A DNA stretch of 64,000 nucleotides from Candidatus Versatilivorator sp. GTDB taxonomy: Bacteria > Acidobacteriota > Terriglobia > Versatilivoradales > Versatilivoraceae. Under the pieces are notes generated by a model. It did no database searches, was not told where the DNA came from, and saw only the letters and a program-made list of their open reading frames with translations. Position numbers and translations under genes: made by a program. The stretch spans positions 608,001 through 672,000 of the forward strand of contig OZ242296.1 of the NCBI GenBank assembly GCA_965207735.1, given 5' to 3'. Below, piece after piece: positions 30,040 to 38,435 of the stretch. Each line of letters begins with the position of its first letter. Position 1 is the first letter of the stretch.

Positions 30040-30427
30040 ACGAGGGTGTGTGGAGCATCCCGGCCCCTCGCACGAAGGGGAATCGCGAGCACCGGGTCCC
30101 GCTGTGCCGTCGCGCCCTGAAGATCCTGGAGGAGGCGCGGGCGCTCTCTCGCAGCAGTCGGCTCGTGTTTCCCGGCGTTGGGGGCAAGCCGATCGCGACC
30201 ACGACGCTGTCGGAACTGCTCCGGGAGTTGAACGTCGCGGCGGTGCCGCACGGCTTCCGGTCGAGCTTCCGGGACTGGGCGGCCGAAGAGACCGATCACC
30301 CTGGCGAGGTGGCGGAGGCCGCCCTGGCGCACAAGGTCCGCAGCAGATCGAGGCGGCCTACCGGCGCTCGGACCTGTTCGAGCGCCGCCGCCGGCTCATG
30401 GATGACCGGGCCGGCTACCTGGCCGGC
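30040..30427 (+). pseudogene. duplicated C-terminal fragment of the tyrosine integrase, frameshifted
   Basis: Closely similar to ~29400-29788 (GVWSIPAPRTKGNREHRVPL...HGFRSSFRDW); 1-nt deletion near 30346. Confidence 0.85.
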
Positions 30428-30478
30428 GGGTGTCGAGGGGCAGGACCGATCGGTTGATCGGCCCTGGCCTCGGCAGCG

Positions 30479-31013
30479 CTCGATGGCCTTCCCGCAAGGG
30501 ATCACTGTGGAGGGAGCGACCCCGGAAAGGGGAGGGGAGGTGGTGGATTTTGCCGTGCACCACCTCCCCCTCCCCGGTGCCGCACCAGCGGCCAAAATAC
30601 CGGGGTCGCTCCCTCCACTTCCTCCCCCTCCTGTGCGGCGCCACGACGCGCCGGGCGAGGGGGCGGACACGCGATGCCGACGCCCCACGGGGCTTTACCC
30701 CATAGGACTTGGGAAATCCGTGCCAACCCGCGTCCAATGCGGGTTTCCGGGAACAGCCTGGACCACGGCGGCGAGGGCTTCGCCCTCTGAGAGTGGAGCG
30801 TTGGGGTTGTCAAAAGCGTGAGCCACTTGGTGCGCCACCTACGTGAGCCACCCCCCTTTTGTAAGGTGGCCACCCATACGACGCCATGTCCTTGACCCCC
30901 GGAGGCGGAAATCGTCGATCATTCCTCGGCCGTTCGAGGCCGGGATTTCCTGCTCCCATTGGACGATCTTCTCCATGACGACATCGAGGCTGGCGTGGCG
31001 TTCGACGGTGTCC
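30479..31013 (+). repeat. structured ~530-bp module, copy A
   Basis: 19-bp perfect IR 30507-30525/30600-30618 with a nested stem, GTGAGCCAC-like triplet repeats; homologous to copies B and C. Confidence 0.85.
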
Positions 31014-31329
31014 TCCTGCACCCTGAATCCGCGAGCTTTGCCGGGCAGGCTGGACTTTCTCACTCCCTGGCAAAGCAGAACACCCCGAAACGCCTCCTGG
31101 ACCGATTCCCCTCTCAGGGACCGCAGGTCCCGCCGCCTGTGGGGAAACCGGAATGGTCGGCTCGCTCAGCGCTGCCGTGGTCGCAGCCTGGTCGTCGAAT
31201 CGTCCCGGTACGGCCATGAAGAGCCAGGGAAATCTGTTTTTTTTCGGGGGACATAATGGGGGGCAGGACATCGTCTGGAAACCCATAAGTCCTTTTCATA
31301 AAACGCTTTACATCAATCGCGGATGAATT

Positions 31330-31788
31330 CCGCAGGGATCACGGTGGTGAGAGCGACCTCCCCGCAAGGGGGGCAAAGGGTGTCCGGACCCCTGTCCCCC
31401 TTTGCCCTCCCCCGTGGCGCACCAGCGGCCAAAAAGGGGGGGGCGCTCTCACCACCAGCACCCCTCTCGTGCGGCGCGCCGTTGCGCCATGCGAGGGGGG
31501 GACTCGCGCGGCGCAGCCTCGCTTCGCGGTCTCGCATGGGACGCGGAAAATCCGTGGTGTCCCGTGTCTGATGCGGCGTTTCGGGAAAGTCCCACACCAC
31601 AACGGCGAGGACTCCGCCCTCTGAGAAAGAGGCGTTGTGCGGATCAAGATCATGTCACCCTTCGATGTCACCCCCCCCCTTCTGAAAGGGGGACACCCAT
31701 CTGACGGCATCTGCGTGACCCCCAGAGGCGGAAATCGTCGATCCATCCAGGTCCGGGCCGAGGCCGCCACGGCGTTCGACGGTGTTCC
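31330..31788 (+). repeat. structured module, copy C (diverged; its 5' tip lies at 28419-28441)
   Basis: Stem 31343-31355/31444-31456, conserved GCACCAGCGGCCAAAA, CGCCCTCTGAGA and GGCGTTCGACGGTGT blocks. Confidence 0.75.
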
Positions 31789-32310
31789 CGTCACTTCCGC
31801 ACCCCTCCCCGTGTGGCAAGGGCTCCGCAGCACCCTCTGTTCGTCGTTCCTGAGCCGGATCAGACGGCCTTACTCCCTCATTGTGTTCAAGACACCGGCG
31901 ATGGCGTTGGACTGGACCTCGATGTTATCTCGCGGATCCCAGCAGGCGATTTTTGGACGAGAACGCCTCAGTTGGACCAGCGTCGGGGTTTAATTCAGCG
32001 TGAGATTCCTGTAAACAGTGATTTGAGATACCATTTGAGAGGAGGAGAGATGAACCTCCAAGATGGACCTCCAAGATAGGAACGTTGGAGGTTGAGGTTG
32101 ATTCATAAGTGGACGCAGAGCCTGTGTCGCTCGCCTTTCCTGTTTCATATCACAGAACATGTAACCTTGGTCATACTTCCCATTGGACCCTGGGGACCTC
32201 TCAATCCCGAAAAAGCGCAGGATAAATCCAGACCTTTTACTGGGGGACAAAGCTCATAATATTAGGTCCCCACTGGGGAGGATCTGCGTTCTCTGAAACG
32301 GAGAAGACAA

Positions 32311-33231
32311 ATGGCTAATGAAGGAGAATGGGAAAACTGGCCGTACAAGGCAACAAGTTGCAACGTTAGCAAGGAGTTTAGCAAGGACTACGGAGAAATA
32401 TGGACGCTTGTGGTCGGAACGGCTGGTCAGTCGGAGCATTGGAAGCAGGGGACACCGGATTTGTGTCATGCCTTGGCGTGGATAGTTAACCAACTACACC
32501 TCGGCAATTGTGATGTAGCTGGCGAAGAGGACGGTGAAATTGTCTCTGTGTTAATTGGGCGAGGGACGCCTTTCGTATTCGGAGTTGAAGACAAAACAGG
32601 CGAAGAGGTAGTTGATGAAGCAAAAAAGCACCTCTATAAACGTTCACGTGCAGTGAATATCGCCGGCCTATTTGCACAGGCTAGAGAACGAGGAGTCAAA
32701 CCGAAGTACGGGGCACAGGCAGAGACGGTAAGACAGGTAGCAGGTGCCGATAGGAGCGGCCACTTCAATACTGAACTCCATTATGCTTTTCAACTCATCC
32801 ATATTCTCAAGAGGATTCGAGAAAGAAGTTTCGTTCTGGATTCACCTCCAATCTTGGGGAGAGCGTCAACCCGAGTTGTGGACTTACTAGGAGAAGCCAC
32901 ACGCTGTCACCTGTATGGCTTGCATCAAGCCAGTGTTGCCATATGCAGGGCATGCCTGGAAAAATCGCTGGCAGAGAGAGTTCCTAGGGAACAGGTACTT
33001 CAAGAAAGACTAAACAGTGGGAGCGGAGAATTGGAGTGCCTTATTGGTGCAGCATTCCGCTTGGGCTGTTTAGATGGTCCCCGTCATGAGATGGCGGATC
33101 AGATTAGGAAGCATGGCAATGATGTGTTGCACCGAGGGCATGTCCGAGGCGAGCGTTCTTGGGATATCTTGCTGAACACTAGGGCGGTTGTGTCGTACCT
33201 GTTCCGGGACCCAGATGAGGCAATTCCTTAG
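32311..33231 (+). CDS. DUF4145/HEPN-like domain protein
   Basis: C-terminal ASVAICRACLE and R..GN..LH (IRKHGNDVLH) pattern; N-terminal half unrecognised. Confidence 0.65.
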   Translation: MANEGEWENWPYKATSCNVSKEFSKDYGEIWTLVVGTAGQSEHWKQGTPDLCHALAWIVNQLHLGNCDVAGEEDGEIVSVLIGRGTPFVFGVEDKTGEEVVDEAKKHLYKRSRAVNIAGLFAQARERGVKPKYGAQAETVRQVAGADRSGHFNTELHYAFQLIHILKRIRERSFVLDSPPILGRASTRVVDLLGEATRCHLYGLHQASVAICRACLEKSLAERVPREQVLQERLNSGSGELECLIGAAFRLGCLDGPRHEMADQIRKHGNDVLHRGHVRGERSWDILLNTRAVVSYLFRDPDEAIP

Positions 33232-33450
33232 CACTCATGGGGTCTTCAGCGTCGGAAGCTGCGGCATCGCTTTTAGAGGTGTCGAGGTGTTCTGAATTGC
33301 TAGGCCTGGAGATATTGCAGCACAGGCGATTTTCGGAACTGTTCTTCCCGCGGATCGGATTTAAAATTTCAGTTCCCCTGTACGCGGCAAGACCTGCCGC
33401 CTGTGAGACGAAAATGAAGGCGGTCGCCGCTACGGGGAAAGGGACAGATT

Positions 33451-34557
33451 ATGAGAAACAAGCTTCATGCCATTACCCTTAAGGGATTCAAGACCATTCA
33501 AGAACTAAATGGCTTCGAGCCTGGTTTCCTGACGGTACTCATTGGACCCAATGGCGCGGGCAAGTCCAACTTCATCTCTTTCTTTCGTATGATGAGTTGG
33601 ATGCTGGCGGACCCTGACAATCTTCAATTTCACGTGGCGCAACATGGTGGAGCCAGCAAACTTCTGCACGACGGTTCGGACAGGACCCATGAAATTGAAG
33701 CCGAGTTAACCATTAAGACCGATGCAGGCGAGAACCAATATGCCTTCCGGTTGGTATTTGCGGCTGGCGATACGTTCATTTTTGCTGATGAGCGTTACCG
33801 TTTCTCTCGCAGTGATTACGGCGGTATTGCACCTTGGCGAGAAACGGGCGCCGGTCACCGCGCTCCGCAACTCCTGGACAGGGCCGCCGAGGACGATACC
33901 GCCCGCTTCATTCGAAACGTCCTAAGGAAGATAGTCTTATACCAATTTCACAACACGTCGGCCACAGCCCGCGTCCGGAGCAAGTGGAGCGTGAACGACA
34001 ACCGTTACCTAAAGGAAGATGCGGCCAATATCGCTCCAGTCCTGCTTCGCCTGAGGGAGGAAGATGGCAGGTGTTATCAGCGGATTGTAGCTACCGTCCG
34101 CCTGATCCTACCCTTTTTTTCGGATTTTGAACTGGAACCTGAGAACGGTCATCTGCTGCTTGCCTGGCGTGAACGAGACAGTGACCAGGTGTTCGATGTT
34201 TCGCAGGCGTCGGACGGCATGTTGCGGGTCATAGCGCTCGTCATGCTTCTCCTTCAACCGGAAGAGAACTTGCCGGACGTTTTGATTCTGGACGAACCGG
34301 AGCTTGGACTCCACCCCTACGCAACTACTGTGGTCGGTGGCCTGATTCGGGCCGTGTCCACGAAGGTCCAAGTCATTGTCGCCACTCAGTCCACGGCGTT
34401 CGTCGACTGCTTCGAGCCTGAGGACATCGTCGTGGTCGAGCGTGAAGGGCGAAAATCCATATTCCGACGGCTGGGTACCGAGGCTCTGGGAGAGTGGCTC
34501 AACGACTATACGCTTTCCGAGTTGTGGGGAAAGAACGTGCTCGGGGGGCGACCGTAA
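33451..34557 (+). CDS. ABC-type (AAA_21-like) ATPase
   Basis: Walker A GPNGAGKS, signature SDG, Walker B LILDEPE, ATQS. Confidence 0.9.
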   Translation: MRNKLHAITLKGFKTIQELNGFEPGFLTVLIGPNGAGKSNFISFFRMMSWMLADPDNLQFHVAQHGGASKLLHDGSDRTHEIEAELTIKTDAGENQYAFRLVFAAGDTFIFADERYRFSRSDYGGIAPWRETGAGHRAPQLLDRAAEDDTARFIRNVLRKIVLYQFHNTSATARVRSKWSVNDNRYLKEDAANIAPVLLRLREEDGRCYQRIVATVRLILPFFSDFELEPENGHLLLAWRERDSDQVFDVSQASDGMLRVIALVMLLLQPEENLPDVLILDEPELGLHPYATTVVGGLIRAVSTKVQVIVATQSTAFVDCFEPEDIVVVEREGRKSIFRRLGTEALGEWLNDYTLSELWGKNVLGGRP

Positions 34558-35234
34558 TGGCCGTAAGGTTACATTTCATCGTTGAAGGACAAACCGAAGA
34601 GACTTTCGTAAATCGGACCTTGCGCCCACACCTGGCGAATCTGTCCATTTGGGTGAAAGCCCGGTGTGTGATGACGAGTCGTAGGCGCGGCGTCAGGCAT
34701 CGCGGGGGAATAGGGAACTATTCGCAAGCGAAGAGAGACATCAATGCTTGGATGATGGAGGACCAGAACCCAGACGCACGCTTCACAACCATGTTTGATT
34801 TGTATGGGCTACCAGGAGACTTTCCCGGTTTCGAGAACGCTGCGCGAATGCCAGACCCCTATGAGCGCGTCAGTACACTGGAGGACGCTCTGAGCGAAAG
34901 TATCTCTGATTCGCGATTCATTCCCTATCTTCAACTTCACGAATTCGAGACGCTATTGTTGTCCGATCCTCAGAAGTTCGACTTGCAGTTTTACGATCGT
35001 AGTGTCGGGATACGGAGACTTGTGCAGGTCGCTTCTGGCTTTGAGTCTCCGGAGCGCATCAATGACGGAATCAGCACCGCCCCGTCGAAGCGAATTACTG
35101 ATGCAATACCAGAATATGGAAGAATGAAGGCGTCTGCGGGCCCCATCGTGGCCGAGAAGATCGGATTGCCTACTCTGCGATTGAAATGTGAGCATTTCGG
35201 GAAATGGCTTGGTAAATTGGAACGTCTCGCGTAG
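34557..35234 (+). CDS. DUF4276 family (TOPRIM-like) protein
   Basis: VEGQTEE, MFDLYG, HEFETLL, APSKRI, C.HF..W motifs; TAATG coupling to the ATPase. Confidence 0.85.
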   Translation: MAVRLHFIVEGQTEETFVNRTLRPHLANLSIWVKARCVMTSRRRGVRHRGGIGNYSQAKRDINAWMMEDQNPDARFTTMFDLYGLPGDFPGFENAARMPDPYERVSTLEDALSESISDSRFIPYLQLHEFETLLLSDPQKFDLQFYDRSVGIRRLVQVASGFESPERINDGISTAPSKRITDAIPEYGRMKASAGPIVAEKIGLPTLRLKCEHFGKWLGKLERLA

Positions 35235-35508
35235 GGATCGTAGGCTCGCGAAAAAGAGACTGACGGGACCAAGTAGTACCGATAGCGGGCGGAAGGGGAC
35301 CACGGATAACGGAGCAAGTATCGCCATCTTCTTTGTAGGCAACCTCGCTGGCGCGGTCTACAGGGGCGAGATCACGTCTTGTTTTGGTGTTGCGTTCGAG
35401 GTCGCGCTTGAGCTTTTCAAACTCAAAGTGCAGGGAGCACTGGTGCCGGGAAGTGACCCAATCAAAGTCTACACCTCTATTTACGACAGTTCATTAATGA
35501 CATGACAC

Positions 35509-35715
35509 CAGTATTGTCCGGTTAAGCTTTCGTGACTTTAGTGTAACAGGCGTAATTCCAACAGGTTACGAGTAGGAATGAGTGTTTTCGACTTAGTATC
35601 ACCCTTTTCGAAAAAGTCTCTATGAATCAGGTACTTACGAGATTCCCTTTGCAACACGAAGACTCCCAATCTTGTAAGCAGTTGATATTATTCGAGTTTT
35701 AACCGGACAGTACTG
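35509..35715. mobile_element. MITE (IS4-like ends), 207 bp
   Basis: IR CAGTATTGTCCGGTTAA / TTAACCGGACAGTACTG; 9-bp TSD ACATGACAC (35500-35508, 35716-35724); no ORF. Confidence 0.85.
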
Positions 35716-35794
35716 ACATGACACTAGTAATTCGCTGAATCCAAACCTGCCTCGGCTGTGTTTCCCATACGCACCCTCAGTTCAATTCTGGCTT

Positions 35795-36646
35795 TCATAG
35801 CTTCTCGAAGAATTCTGGGCTCGGTGTAACAACTTCTATAGTCTCAGTGCTCACCCCTAGTTTGAGCTCTCTCAGGAGTGCACACAGATCAACGCCGTTA
35901 ATGAGATCGATAGCTGGTGCTCCATCCCTTACGGCCTCGCGTTCAGCATCTCGGGTATACCCTCCTGTAGTCATAAAGAGTCCCTTATCTGCTCGGCCGA
36001 CCATAGCTCCCCTAAAATCTCTGATCTCGGGTGCTCCGACAGCACCAGAGTACCTTTTGCACTGAAAACGGACATGAAAAGAAATGAGATTAACCCTCAA
36101 TACGCCAGCGCCATCGATTCCGCCATCTCCTGAACGGCCTGTTACTTCTACCGTTGTGAACCCTGATTCGCGAAGGATCAGTTGGCATAGACGCTCGAAC
36201 GCATCGGGATTCATGCGGCGAACGATGTTTAGCAGAGAATCTTTCCAATCCTGCGCGTCGGTCACAGCATCGTCTTTCAATTTGAGCTTGGAAACCCGAT
36301 GTTGCCTTTCTTTACTTCTCTTAGCGCGATCGTCACGAACAAGTTTCCTTATCTGTTTCTCGGAATAAATTTTTCGCCCAACCTCTGAAATTGTCCAAAC
36401 CCCTCTCGTCGTATTGTCGATTGCTCCAACAAACTTAAGGTGTGTGCGGGCCCATGCCGCGCGGTAGTCAACTTCGGATTGAGGCCCGTTTTTGTGTGGG
36501 GTACTCAACACTTCGTCCGTCAATTTCAGATCGGAAGCCACGCTTCCTGACAATTCTTGAATCGAGGCGGACCCCCCTTTACTCTTCAATGCCTTTAGGG
36601 TTGGCCAGAGCAAGTCGTCAAATGTGGGAAGGTCAGTATGAGGCAT
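35795..36646 (-). CDS. mrr: Mrr type IV restriction endonuclease
   Basis: Mrr N-terminal wHTH (WARTHLK) plus catalytic FERLC, GDGGIDG, QCKRY, IRDFRGA. Confidence 0.92.
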   Translation of the reverse strand: MPHTDLPTFDDLLWPTLKALKSKGGSASIQELSGSVASDLKLTDEVLSTPHKNGPQSEVDYRAAWARTHLKFVGAIDNTTRGVWTISEVGRKIYSEKQIRKLVRDDRAKRSKERQHRVSKLKLKDDAVTDAQDWKDSLLNIVRRMNPDAFERLCQLILRESGFTTVEVTGRSGDGGIDGAGVLRVNLISFHVRFQCKRYSGAVGAPEIRDFRGAMVGRADKGLFMTTGGYTRDAEREAVRDGAPAIDLINGVDLCALLRELKLGVSTETIEVVTPSPEFFEKL

Positions 36647-36967
36647 GCTTTCCTCTCCTAGAAAATTTGCCTATGTTGGGTCGAAATATTCAGCTCTGCA
36701 CAAGTTTCTCGATTCTGCCAATCGAGTTCTCCGCCAGTTCTACGCAAACAGAAATTGTACCGCCCCTGGTTTCTTGGACAGATAAGGCCCACCATACTCA
36801 ACCGGCCGGTTGCAAGGCAAGACGGGGGGTCAAAGTATTTGCTGTCCCATAGGACCCGCAACATCTCGACCTCACCCGGCGCCTTCTCCAGGCCTGGACA
36901 ACACGAGGCATGGCAGCGGCAAAGCCAGACGCGCATAGGCGCCGGCAAGGCATCTCTGATGCCGATT

Positions 36968-37491
36968 GGGACACCGTCGAAAGCCACGGCGGCTTCAATG
37001 CGGTCGTAAGGAAAATCTTTCAACGGGAGCAGGAAAACCCGGCCTCCAACGGCCGCGAAATGATCGACGCTTTGCGCCTCCCGGGGTCAAGGACGTGGCG
37101 TCGTATGGGTGGCCACCTTTCAGACGGGGGGTGGCTTACACAGGTGGCTCACCAAGTGGCTCACGCTTTTGACCACCCCAACGCTCCTCTCTCAGAGGGC
37201 GAAGTCCTCGCCGTCGTGGTCCAGGTTGTGCCCGGAAACCCGCATTGGAAGCGGGTTGGCACGGATTCCCCGTGTCCTCTGCGGCAAAGCGTAGTGCGGC
37301 GCCGGCGCCACCTCGCACGGTGCGTCGTGGCGTCGCACAGGAGGGGGAGCAAGTGGAGGGAGCGACCCCGGGTTTTTGGCCGCTGGTGCGGCACCGGGCG
37401 GGGGGAGGTGGTGCACGCCAAAAACCACCACCACCCCTCCCCGGCGGGGTCGCTCCCTCCACAGTGATCCCTGGCGGGAAGGCTATCGAGT
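36968..37491 (-). repeat. structured module, copy B (inverted relative to A and C)
   Basis: Reverse complement matches 30479-31013 along its length. Confidence 0.85.
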
Positions 37492-37759
37492 CGGCCAGCA
37501 AGCCGAGACCGCCACGTCGACCACAGGCGGTGCGCTACGCGCACGAGACGCCGACTCAAGCAGCAACAACGCGAATGCGGTGCGGGTCGAAACAGGTGCC
37601 GCCATGCAACATAGCCCAGGCGACGTTCAGTAGCCGGTCGAGCACCGAACGCAGACCACGCAAATGACCGTGCATTCCCACATTCTGGCGTGGATGCGAA
37701 GGACGAAGCCTTGATTGCAACGCAATCGTCGTATAGGCTTGAGCTTAGGAGGTGCGACA

Positions 37760-38002
37760 ATGGCTAACATCACGATCCGCAATCTCGACGACGATGTTAA
37801 ATCCCGGCTGCGCGTACGTGCGGCGGAAAACGGCCGTTCCATGGAAGAGGAGGCGCGCTTGATCCTCCGGGATGCGGTCGGACGCAAACTTGGTTCCAAT
37901 AACCTCGCGAACATCATCCGTGCGCACTTCGGGCCGTCCAACGGCGTGGATCTTGAGTTGCCACCGCGCGATGCAGGCCGCGAGCCACCGTCCTTCGATT
38001 GA
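37760..38002 (+). CDS. FitA-like ribbon-helix-helix antitoxin
   Basis: MANITIRNLDDDVKSRLRVRAAENGRSMEEEAR. Confidence 0.9.
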   Translation: MANITIRNLDDDVKSRLRVRAAENGRSMEEEARLILRDAVGRKLGSNNLANIIRAHFGPSNGVDLELPPRDAGREPPSFD

Positions 38003-38012
38003 GGAAACAGCC

Positions 38013-38435
38013 GTGATCCTGCTTGACACCAACGTCGTATCCGAATTGATGCGCGCGTCGCCGAACCCAGCAGTTGAGGCTTGGGTTGCCGGTTATCCCG
38101 TCGAGGACCTGTTCTTCTCGGCGGTTAGCGAGTCCGAACTGCGCTATGGAGCCGCCATCATGCCGGCAGGCCGGCGCCGTGAGACGCTCGTCGCGGATAT
38201 TGAGACGATGCTGCACGCGGCCTTCGAGAACCGCATATTGCCGTTTGACAGCGGGGCGGCACGCGCCTATGCGTTCATCGCCGCCAAGCGCCGGTTCGCA
38301 GGGCGCGCTGTCGCACCGGCGGACTGCCAGATCGCAGCGATCGCCCGGGCGCGGGGCATGGAGGTGGCGACGCGCAACGTTCGGGACTTCGAGGACATGG
38401 GGATCGAAATAATCGACCCATGGGACGGCGCATGA
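38013..38435 (+). CDS. vapC: VapC/FitB PIN-domain toxin
   Basis: LLDTNVVSE, ELRYG, DCQIAA, ATRNVRDF motifs. Confidence 0.92.
   Translation: MILLDTNVVSELMRASPNPAVEAWVAGYPVEDLFFSAVSESELRYGAAIMPAGRRRETLVADIETMLHAAFENRILPFDSGAARAYAFIAAKRRFAGRAVAPADCQIAAIARARGMEVATRNVRDFEDMGIEIIDPWDGA

Larger units (their letters stand above)
28433..31338. mobile_element. nested integrative sub-element with its own tyrosine integrase
   Basis: 9-bp core repeat CCGCAGGGA at 28433-28441 and 31330-31338; arm-like repeats GGGG(A)G.ATAATGGGGGG at 28584-28601 and 31246-31263. Confidence 0.65.

Noticed and set aside
36910-37467. 185-aa ORF across module copy B (and related short ORFs at 30502-31063)
   Set aside because: The frame is not preserved between copies; at most the first ~60 codons are a decayed gene end
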